This document shows, piece after piece, positions 9,850 through 19,361 of a stretch of DNA of 23,225 nucleotides (the stretch's first letter is position 1; the number at the start of each line of letters is the position of its first letter). The stretch lies in NCBI RefSeq assembly GCF_006345805.1, contig NW_021836640.1, forward strand, positions 1 to 23,225, given 5' to 3'. The notes beneath the pieces were generated by a model. It was given only the letters and a program-made list of their open reading frames with translations. It did not search any database and was not told the origin of the DNA. The translations under genes and the position numbers were made by a program. This DNA is from Octopus sinensis (Eukaryota).

Positions 9850-10656
9850 TTGTTTGGCATTGGATATTCATCACGTATGATAAAGGTTGTTCCTAGCAGG
9901 GCTATTTTTGGATAATGTGTAGTGTTGAGGATCCAGGTATAGCTTCTACGTAGTTTGTTCATGTTTTTTTTTTGTCATTCCCAATGCTCCGGTTATTATT
10001 GGTATCGTTTTTACACATCTTGAATACTTCAATTTCGAGGTCTTTCTACTTTGATAATTTCTCCACTTTTCTTTCTTTTTGGACAATATTTTAGTCAGTA
10101 GGAACTGCAATGTCTACAAGTAAGCAAGTGTTTTTTCCCAGTCCTTGATTATTTCTTTCCTTCTCGAGCCATCCCTGGCTCATAAGGGCCGATTTCCCGG
10201 TGTTCTTGGCGTATAGGTTCCCCACCTGGCCGGGACGCCGGTCCGTCGCAGGTGAGCTGCAGGATGCAGGAGGAAAGAGTGAGAGAAAGTTGTGGCGAAA
10301 GATTCAGCAGAAGTTCGCCATTACCTTCTGCCGGAGTCGCGTGGAGGTTAGGTGTTTCGCTCATAAACACACACATCATCTGGTCTGAGATTCGAACCTG
10401 CGATCCCTCGACCGCGAGTCCGCTACTCTAACCACTAGGCCACGCGCCTCCTCTCCTTGATTATTATGTCTGGGTTATTAGCTTTTATTTCTTTGTCGGT
10501 TTGAACTGGGATATCCCAGATGATTGTGGTCTTGTCGTTGTCTTGTACCTTGTTTGGTACATGTTTATACCACCTGTTGTCAGTTTTAATGTTGTAATGT
10601 TGGCATATTGTTCAGTGGATGTAAGCGCTTACTCAGTCGTGTCTATATATATTCAG
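9850..10656 (-). mobile_element. Second R4/Dong-type RLE LINE fragment, interrupted by SINE C
   Basis: The minus strand reads YIYRHD*VSAYIH*TICQHYNIKTDNRWYKHVP...TIIWDIPVQTDKEIKANNPDIII|KDWEKNTCLLVDIAVPTD..., then EKLSK*KDLEIE, IPIITGALG and IQKIALLGTTFIIR. This is a PD-(D/E)xK RLE domain. The 5' end abuts (TAA)n at 10657-10702. Confidence 0.88.
10154..10453 (-). mobile_element. SINE family C (tRNA-Arg-like head, possibly the octopus OR type) with a 12-bp TSD
   Basis: The minus strand begins ggaggcgcgTGGCCTAGTGGttagag...GGTTCGAATCT (A and B boxes). The TSD tccttgattatt is at 10142-10153 and 10454-10465. Homologous to 20281-20586. Confidence 0.92.
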
Positions 10657-10661
10657 ATTAC

Positions 10662-10705
<44 letters not shown>

Positions 10706-11039
10706 GCTCGACATCATTATTATAATTTCTATTTCATCCTTTTGAAATCGATAAAATGTTACCTGTTTAGAATCAGAGTCGATGGTATTAACTAGCACCG
10801 TTTCCCAAATATCACAAAAGTTATTCAAAAGAAGTGTATTCGGCCAATGGAATGCACGTTTGAAAGCAAGAATACTTAGTGTTTCGGATTCAGACACACA
10901 ACAACTTGCCCCTGTAAATTCCAGGATGTCTGAAAAGAGGGCGAGAATGAAAATGATATCAAGCCCGCAGCTTGTTCTCTAGTTAGCTTTTATGGTGGGT
11001 GACCGTTTTAAAACCAGAAGTGAACATGAAATACATAAG

Positions 11040-11190
11040 ACCTATGGTGGCACACAATAGGCCCCCAGCTAAACTATGTACCGGGGCCCCTAAATATGTA
11101 ACCACTGGATACAGATATTAGCACTGAGCCACTTAAACAATTGGTGGCCCGTGCGTCTGCTCAGTGTACCCAAAACTTAAGACGGCGCTG
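11040..11190. mobile_element. Possible hAT-type non-autonomous transposon end(s)
   Basis: A GC-richer patch with ggcccc/ggggcccc subterminal motifs and CAG-starting termini on the minus strand (cagcgccgtcttaag from 11190; cagtggttaca from about 11108). No matching partner TIR or 8-bp TSD was found. Confidence 0.3.
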
Positions 11191-12075
11191 GTGGTACATC
11201 AGTACTGAAAAGATAATGAAACTTTAATTTTCACTAATTAATGATTACGTAATTTATGTTGAATACTTTTCGGCATGAGAAGCTGAAACCAAATTTTTTT
11301 CATATAACATTTTAAAGACTTCGTACCGTTGGAGAACGGCCTTAAATATATGGTAAACGAAATTTCGCCAGCAGGCTGGGCCTCAGACTTATTAAAAATA
11401 CATAAATTATACATGCCATGACTTTTTCGAGAGTTTCGTCATTGGGTAAATGAACGTGATGTTGTTACAAATTAAATTATGGTAAATTAGGCCTTGTTTT
11501 CTAGGCAGCTGTACCTAATTTTGATATTACGTTTAATAAACAGATCACGTTTGTATAAATATTATTGTATGGATTGTTTTATCGCTGACAATGAATCGAA
11601 ATATGAATTAAAAGCATAATAACTCTAGAATGCGATCTCAGTTGTTGGCCCGCGACCATACTGGATGGCTGTCCCCGGTCATTTAATCGATTCTCTCGAC
11701 CCAACTGTTCTGTACTTAATTTATCGCTGTCTAAAAATCGAACCGCTTGCTATATAGAGCAAGGAATACAATAATGAAAATAGTACCAATAGTTTTCAGG
11801 CCAACTTTAAAATGCCCACATAGATTTAACACTTAAATAAATATATTTATGATTAGTTTCTGTAGAATTACCGAATATGAAACGCTATCAGTCAGAGGTC
11901 AAGTTCAAAATGCGACAAAAATGTGTCAATTTGATTGAGAAAATAAGTTCGATAAAGTCTTGGAATTCTAATAGATTTAGCAATTGTTGTTGTTCAACGT
12001 ACGGAAATCTTTGATATAAACGTCCTAAACGTTGGAACACACACATTGATGTTTTTGTCAGTGGTATGGCTTAGA

Positions 12076-12305
12076 AGGCGGCGAGCTAGCAGAAATGTTA
12101 GCACGCCAGGCGAAATGCTTAGCGGTATGCCGCTACGTTTTGAGTTCAAATTCCGCCGAGGTCGACTTTGCCTTTCATCCTTTCGGGGTCGATTAAATAA
12201 GTACCAGTTACACACTGGGGTCGATATAATCGACTTAATCCGTCTGTCTGTCCTTGTTTGTCTCCTCTGTTTAGCTCATTGTGCGTAGTAAAGAAATAGG
12301 TATTG
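12076..12305 (+). mobile_element. SINE family B, full length, long-tail variant
   Basis: Runs from aggcggcgagctagcagaa through gagttcaaattcc (B-box-like) to aaagaaataggtatt. Nearly colinear with 6905-7139. Confidence 0.9.
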
Positions 12306-12330
12306 CTTAGAAAAATTGTTCCTTATATAT

Positions 12331-12568
12331 AACTTATGGGGATATAACTAAACCAACACCAATTATCAAGCGGTGATGAGGGACAAACACAAACACACAT
12401 TCACACATTCGCACACACACACATGTATATGTTTGTGTGTATACGACAGGCTTCCACGCAGTTTCCTTCTACCTAATTCACTCACAAGGTATAGGTCGGC
12501 CCGTAACTGAACCCTAAACCACGAAGTTGCAAAACGATCTTCTTTATCGTACAGCCATACCTGCGCCC
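12331..12568 (-). mobile_element. SINE family A, partial and internally deleted
   Basis: Contains accaacacc...caagcggtga...ggacaaacac and cgacaggctt...cagtttcc...attcactcacaagg, both shared with the other A copies. Confidence 0.75.
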
Positions 12569-12575
12569 ATATGTG

Positions 12576-12650
12576 GGCGGTTTAGCTCTTTTGGTTCAGA
12601 GCACCGCGACGCGTAGTCAGGAGGTGTAAGTTCGAATCTCATAGCCGGCC
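12576..12650 (+). pseudogene. Decayed tRNA (Thr-like) pseudogene or solitary tRNA-SINE head
   Basis: The acceptor stem GGCGGTT/AGCCGGC pairs 6 of 7. The D arm is GCTC...GAGC and the T loop is TTCGAAT. The anticodon stem does not pair (nominal anticodon CGT). An internal TTTT at 12589-12592 and oligo-T about 8 nt downstream are present. Confidence 0.6.
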
Positions 12651-12817
12651 GCCAACACTTTTTTCTGCAAAATAGAGGAAGCTTATCCTGTTCAGGCTAT
12701 ATTATTAGCATTATCTTGCGTTTGAGAATTTAAAATCACTTCTTTAACTTCCTAAGACATCTCAACGCTTCTAAAGCAAACTTCGTTTGTTTGCTTACGT
12801 TCATCGTAATTTGAATT

Positions 12818-13013
12818 TATACATACATACATACATACATACATACATACATACATACATACATGCATACATGCATACATACATACATACATACATACAT
12901 ACATAATACATACATTCATACATGCATACATACATACAACATACATACATACATACATACTTACATGCATACATGCATACATACATACATATATGCATAT
13001 CACTTCATGTATA

Positions 13014-13092
<79 letters not shown>

Positions 13093-13160
13093 ATATATAT
13101 AGGTACGTTCAAAAGTGTGCATATGCAGAAATGCTTGTATATATATATATAGACATGCAC
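12818..13160. repeat. (TACA)n followed by (TA)n
   Basis: Directly visible. Confidence 0.95.
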
Positions 13161-13209
13161 ATACACACAAACAGTGAACGCGCACACACATACTTGCACG
13201 CGCAAGTGA

Positions 13210-13370
13210 CACGCATCTTTCAGTTTCCGTCTATCAAATCCACTCACAAGGCTTTGGTTGGCCCAAGACTATTGTAGAAGGCACTTGTTGAAGTTGATAC
13301 ACAGTGGAACTGAACCCGGAACCCTTTCGTTGGAAAGCAAACTTTCTTAGCGCATAGTCTCACCTACACC
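13210..13370 (-). mobile_element. SINE family A, 5' half only
   Basis: tctttcagtttccgtctatcaaatccactcacaaggctttggttggccc...gaactgaacccggaacc matches the head and core of family A. Confidence 0.8.
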
Positions 13371-13412
13371 TATACATACATACGTATATATATACATATA
13401 TATACATATATA

Positions 13413-13444
<32 letters not shown>

Positions 13445-13466
13445 TTATAATATATATAATATTATA

Positions 13467-13518
<52 letters not shown>

Positions 13519-13665
13519 AAAAGCAATAAAAGATTCAAGTTAATTTAAATGAATTTACTTGAATATGGTACCTAACTTAGACACCAAAAAAAAACTATAC
13601 TGTGTTTAACAATACAGTAATGTGGGGTGATTATAAGCGAGAAAGAAGCAACAAGAATGGATAGG

Positions 13666-13754
13666 TTTTTAGTACAATCGTTCATACAAGGAAGGCTTTA
13701 TTTCAAGTTGCAAAAATTACAGCATATAAACGTGTCCGTACTCATCAGCTAAAA
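13666..13754 (-). ncRNA. Type I hammerhead ribozyme motif, one core A deleted (probably inactive)
   Basis: TTTTAG-CTGATGA-GTACGGA...TCCTTGTAT-GAAC-GATT-GTA-CTAAAA. It has a 6-bp stem I, a paired stem II base, a minimal stem III and a GUA cleavage triplet. The GAAA core reads GAA. Confidence 0.7.
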
Positions 13755-13962
13755 TACATGTGAGTTCTCTAGACATCCTATACTCATGAAGTGATGTAGA
13801 TAATTAAGTAACAAACAGATTTCAAAGATAATTGGTGATAAGACTGTACATCATCTTAAAAACTTTAATGAACTTTGGAAATCTGTTTATGTTACTTAAT
13901 TATCTACATTACTTCATGAGTATAGCCTAAAACCACTAGGATGTCTAGAGAACTCACATGTA

Positions 13963-14052
13963 TTTTAGCTGATGAGTACGGGACACGTTTATATGCTGTA
14001 ATTTTTGCAACTTTTAATAAAGCTTGTCCTTGTATGAAACGATGTGTAAAAA
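13963..14052 (+). ncRNA. Type I hammerhead ribozyme motif, cleavage site decayed
   Basis: TTTTAG-CTGATGA-GTACGGGACA...TGTCCTTGTAT-GAAAC-GAT-GT-G-TAAAAA. The core boxes are intact, but the GUH and stem I 3' strand are altered relative to the left arm. Confidence 0.65.
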
Positions 14053-14294
14053 ACCTATCCATTCTTGTTGCTTCTTTCTCGCTATATTATATATATATAT
14101 ATATTATATATATTGCGTGTGTATTGGGGGTGTGGTTGTGTATGTATGTATATCCGTGTGTATCAGTTTTTATTGACAGTCCTGCTTCCAATCTCTCGTG
14201 TGCCACCCCACTCAACCCCAACCCAACCCACTTTCACTATTCTTCGACTTCAACGAAACTACTACTACGTCTACCCACCAATATTACCGCCATG

Positions 14295-16030
14295 AAATTT
14301 CATCATCATCATTATCATCATCATCGTCATCATCATAATCATCATCATCATCATCATTGTCGTCGTCGTCATCATCATCACAGTCATCCTCCTCCTCCCC
14401 ATCATCGCCGCTATTGCTATCACACACATACGCACACACATCTACAAGCAAGGATATTATGTGGGTCTGTGTGCGTGTGTGTGCATGTTTGTGTGGTGTG
14501 TGTGAGAGAGTTTTCACTCTCTGGTCTTTCAATGTCCTGAAGACATGATATTCTGCTGTTTTCTCTTTCTTTGTTCCCTACTGTCTTTCTCTCTGCTTCT
14601 GCCCCCACTCGCCACCCGCCTCCCCCACCATCAAATCTTACCATGCACGTGGCCGGAAGTGTGTAAACTGATATTCACCATTGATCTGTCTAGCTGAGAA
14701 TTACCGCCGCCACGCACCACCACCACCACCAAAACCACCACCACCAGCGCCACCACCATCACTACAACTACAACTACCACTACTATAAACATCAGTTCCA
14801 CCTCCTCCGTTACCAACCTGCTACCAACACCAGCACCAGCACCACCACCACTACCAATACCAACACCCCACCACCAGAGCTTCAATTATCTTTACTATCG
14901 TCGACCACATTATCCACTACCGACAACATCATCACCATCTTTGCACTAACACCACCTCTCATACCACCACAGCTCTCACTAGTCACATGCCTCCACCACC
15001 ACCAACAGCAACTACACTACCACCATCACCACCACCATTTTCGTCGAGCCAGCCACCATGAAAATTCATCATCGTCATTGTCGTCGTCGTTGTCGTCGTC
15101 GTTGTCGTCGTCATCATCATCATCCTCATGTTCAGACTGCTACTGTTACCACCAGCACTACAGCCAGCACTACAACCGCCACCTTACCACTGCTATCAGT
15201 ACTGCTACCACTTCCAGCTATAACGTAAATTCCATTACAAGCGCCACCACCACCACTTACACGGCCACCAACATCATCACCAACATGACCATTACGACGA
15301 CGATGATTACCCCCTCCCCCACACAGATCTCCACCACGACCAACATCACCAATACCACTCCCATCACCAGCACCAACAACATTAGCACGATTTTCACGAT
15401 TATCTATAACAATATCACTACTGCTACCTCCACCACCACCACCACCACTACCACTATCATCACCACCACCACCATGACCACCGTCACCACCACTACCACC
15501 ACCACCACCAAAACCGCCGCCACTGTCACCAACTACAACAGCAACAACAGAAGTTGTAGTAAAATGTTCACAATTATTTGCAATACCGCCATCACCACCG
15601 CTACCACTTTCACCACCATCACCACCATCACCACCACCAAAACCACCACCACCACCACCACCACCATCACCACCACCAAAACCACCACCACCACCACCAC
15701 CACCATCACCACCACCAAAACCACCACCACCACCATCACCACCATCACCACCACCAAAACCACCACCACCACCACCACCACCATCACCACCACCATCACC
15801 CCACCATCAATATAGCTACCCCACCACCATCAATACCACCACCACCACCACCGACACTATTATCATTACTATTAGTATCACCACCGAATACAAAAACAAG
15901 AACAACAAAAACAACAAACAACAAACAACACTATCAAAAACAACAAACAACAAACAACAACAACAACACTATCACTACCATAACCAGACCACAGCACACA
16001 CCAACACGCACACACCACCCGACTTCACAC
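14295..16030. repeat. Degenerate (CAT)n/(CAC)n/(CAA)n low-complexity region
   Basis: Long CAC/CAT/CAA-rich tracts that give rise to the poly-His, poly-Thr and poly-Val pseudo-ORFs. Confidence 0.9.
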
Positions 16031-16364
16031 ATCGATTCACATACAATATACCTCGTCATATTCACAGTTCTGTGACCAAAGGAAAAATCTGGTAGAAAAG
16101 AAAAAACATTAACAAAAAAGAAAAACAGGCAAATAGTAGAAAGAAAATAAATAAACAAAGCGAGAAGCTTGAGGAAAGAAAAACGAAAGGAAGGCAAAGG
16201 GGAGTCGGGGAGGCTTGGGGCAAAACAACAGCATCCACACAGAAGGTATTTGTGGTGATGTGAGGTCAACGGGGAAAGAGATTTGTTGGGTTGGAGATGA
16301 CTTAATTGACCTCGCCTTTCTTTGTTTCTTATTTCACACTCATACTCAGGCACGCAATTTATAT

Positions 16365-17275
16365 ACATACATACGTACATGATAAATACATACATACATA
16401 CATACATACATACATACATACATACATACATACATGTATACATGCCTACATACATACATACATACATACATACATACATACATACATGTATACATACATA
16501 CATACTACATACATACATACATACATACATACATGTATACATGCCTACATACATACATACATACATACATACATACATACATACATACATGTATACATAC
16601 ATACACATACATACATACATACATACATACATACATACATACATGTATACATGCCTACATACATACATACATACATACATACATACATACTGTATACATA
16701 CAACTACATACATCTACATACATACTACATACATACATACATACATGTATACATACATACATACATACATACTATATACATACTACATACCTACATACAT
16801 CACAACATACATACATTACATACATACACACATACAACAAATACATACATACATACATACATACACACATCACACACATACATACATACATACATACATA
16901 CATACAAGCATGCATACATACATACATACATACATAATACATACATACATACATACACACATACACCCATACATACATACATACATACAAGCATGCATAC
17001 ATACATACATACATACATACATACATCATACATACACACACATACATACACATGCATACATACATACATACATACATACATGTATAACCTACATACATAC
17101 TACAAATACATACATACATACATACACACATACACACATACATACATACGACATACAACACACATACACACACATACATACATACATACATACATGCATA
17201 CATCATACATACATACATACATACATACATACATACATACATACATACATGTATACATACCTACATACATGCATG
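16365..17275. repeat. ~900-bp imperfect (TACA)n array
   Basis: Directly visible, with recurring catgtatacatgcc variant units. Confidence 0.97.
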
Positions 17276-17372
17276 CGTATTCGTAAAATATATGAGATGG
17301 CGAATATTTTCAGATATTTCACCACCAGTGGCCTAGCGTGTATTAATAGTCAATAGACAACATATTCTCAAT

Positions 17373-17507
17373 ATAAAATAGTGTACATTTAAACACAAGA
17401 GAAAACTACCTTTAACAGGTAATTTTTACACGCTAGAAGAAGCAGTCAAAACGAAAATTGCTCTTAAATGTGGTTTGGGTCTTGTGTTTAAATGTACAGT
17501 ATTTTAT
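17373..17507. repeat. 28-bp inverted repeat (27/28 match) around a 79-bp spacer
   Basis: ataaaatagtgtacatttaaacacaaga (17373-17400) versus tcttgtgtttaaatgtacagtattttat (17480-17507). Confidence 0.85.
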
Positions 17508-17659
17508 GCATGCATGCATATATAGATACATACATACATGCAAATACACATACACACACACACATTGGCCTGTATAGATATATGCGGATATATATATACA
17601 TATGTATGTATATATGTGTGTGTGAATGTGATATATATGTAAACACCCAGAAGTAGCCA

Positions 17660-17680
17660 TCTATCTATCAATCTATCTAT

Positions 17681-17719
<39 letters not shown>

Positions 17720-17761
17720 CCTATCTATCTATCTATCTATCCACCTGTCTACTCATCTATC

Positions 17762-17802
<41 letters not shown>
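17660..17802. repeat. (TCTA)n followed by (TA)n
   Basis: Directly visible. Confidence 0.95.
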
Positions 17803-17804
<2 letters not shown>

Positions 17805-18546
17805 ACGCATTTAAGTTAGTTTTATCGCAATAATATTCTATCATTATAATATTGTAAAACGGTAAAAATTGTAAATAATAAAACGTGGAAACCAGACTAT
17901 GTGGGAATTCCATTGATTAATATTTTCTTCTATACACAATCATATAAACTCGGATCTATATATATGTGTGTATGTGTATATGTGTGTGTGCGCGCGTATG
18001 AATACTACACACTGGTGTATAGGTCTAAAACAAGGTGGAAAAATAGTAACCGAATACCAAAGAAACAGAAGTGATTTTTATCTCAGTTTCACGTAACCGA
18101 TCATCAGACAGTCTGACGGCCACAATTTAGGAAGGTTATCTACATAGACAACGATCACACTAAAGTCTGAGTTTTCAAATATTTTATTGATCTGCATCGA
18201 TGAATTTACAAATGTTCTTTTAATAAATTAATGGATCAAAGTTTAGTGAACATAACTGTTAGGATTCTTCTGTACGTAACAAGTTAGCTAATGTAATGAA
18301 GGTAGTGTAAAGAAATTAATCAGTGCATGTAATTAATATGTTTTACAGTACACTACATGTAAAGCTTTAATAAATATAGTAGTATATTATGGTTGCAACC
18401 GAAATAATCTGTCCTTGCTAGCCATTAATATGTACGTATTAGCTGCCAGGAATGTTTAATATGTAAATTGATCTATCCAATAGTGTTAAACTGCTAAACT
18501 TGGCGGGTATTTAAACAATGAGTTCGTGGATAGTTGATAAGTTGGA

Positions 18547-18592
18547 TGTGGTGCTAATGAAAGGGCAATATTCCCTGAAACATGTATATACT
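18547..18592 (+). ncRNA. Degenerate minimal type I hammerhead motif (Penelope-type)
   Basis: CTAATGA (18554-60; CTGATGA with one G>A), then A-AGGG-caatatt-CCCT, GAAAC (18577-81) and ATGTA. Stem III is the palindrome ACATGT and the triplet is GUA. Stem I is weak. Confidence 0.55.
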
Positions 18593-19251
18593 CTACCTAT
18601 GTTTTTCGATCACATTGTTTACATAGATGTATTCGTTTACGAAACGTCATAACTTTCAGTGCTACTTCTAAATTCTACTGAAAATCTGTACTGCTTAAAG
18701 AAAACTAAGACACAGTATTGACTTGTAGGGTGATAGATTTAAACCATCGCCCGGTTTCACACTTTGGACCACCATTAGTTGAATCCATTCTGTCGCAAAC
18801 ATTCGGTCCTGGCTTCAGATCTGAAGATATATACCTCCTTCTTCTTGTCCGAGACAACAGGAGGAAGAAGAAATATCAGGGATCATGACACTGCCTCTCT
18901 GCCTGATAAAGGGAGAAATAATTAAATATTTACGTCCAACAAAAAAATTTCCAGTTACAAGTAGAAATAGGGTGTCTTTAATCGATCAAGTCTTTGAAAT
19001 TAGATTGTGAGTCTAAATAAATTTTCAGGAATATAATTCCTATCCCATTTTAGATTCATTAATTATTACCATTTACTATAAAAAATAGAGTTTTCTCTAT
19101 TTTTTTAAATAGCATAATTAGTTATATAAATATATAGATGATTAGGAACTTAAAATTACAGAATTATTTAAGCAGTAAATTTTTATACTGTATATGTTGC
19201 TGTTCCTTGTGCATTGCTTAAACTTCGTATATTGTTATAATAATGTTTTAG

Positions 19252-19361
19252 CTTTTCAGGCAGTGCTCTCTAGCAGCGAAGTCACACCAGGGAAGAGGTT
19301 TGTTCCTGGAATCGGTACTGCAATATTTCATCTTCGACAAAATGGTAAATTAGATTACAAG
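19252..19361 (+). CDS. chrd: Chordin/Sog-like gene, internal coding exon (N-terminal part of a CHRD repeat, probably CHRD3)
   Basis: Acceptor aatgttttAG at 19250-19251 (phase 1), or an in-frame alternative ttttcAG at 19258-19259 (phase 0). Donor AAG|gtttgt at 19362. Translation (x)FQAVLSSSEVTPGKRFVPGIGTAIFHLRQNGKLDYK fits the CHRD pattern F-x-A-x-L-S...G-x-A-x-F-x-L-x-x-x-G-x-L-x-Y. It resembles human chordin LQSVLCGADAL...GSASLTLLGNGSLIYQV and Drosophila Sog LFQSLL...GLAWVYLNTDGSLAYNI (both recalled, not aligned computationally). Flanks are AT-rich. Confidence 0.85.

Larger units (their letters stand above)
13632..14086. mobile_element. Fold-back element with ~200-bp inverted arms, each carrying a hammerhead-ribozyme motif (Penelope-like/retrozyme-like)
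   Basis: Arms at 13632-13827 and 13873-14086 are reverse complements apart from a few substitutions and one 14-bp indel. Spacer 45 bp. CTGATGA is at 13969-13975(+) and 13748-13742(-). The right end abuts (TA)n; the left (TA)n lies about 110 bp away. Confidence 0.85.

Noticed and set aside
10771-10982. Plus-strand open frame considered as an upstream chordin exon
   Set aside because: It has no CHRD or VWC pattern, a poor acceptor tract and a weak donor. A hAT-like FPNITKVIQ peptide in another frame is too short to support.
15078-16075. Long Thr-rich (245 aa) and His-rich (165 aa) ORFs that look mucin-like or like His-rich proteins
   Set aside because: They are translations of (CAC)n/(CAT)n low-complexity DNA, open in several frames and on both strands, with no convincing splice context.
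15934-17356. ORFs of 259-344 aa (YIHT / MYVC repeats)
   Set aside because: (TACA)n contains no stop codon in most frames, so these are microsatellite artefacts.
18470-18575. Minus-strand GNIALSLAPHPTYQLS...SLAV, superficially fucolectin-like after a tttcAG
   Set aside because: There is an in-frame stop with no donor, and the AG overlaps the hammerhead motif on the other strand.
18700-18825. Minus-strand peptide LKPGPNVCDRMDSTNGGPKCETG, superficially EGF/EMI-like
   Set aside because: It has no canonical donor, too few cysteines and an early stop, and it lies in a probable Penelope-derived repeat.
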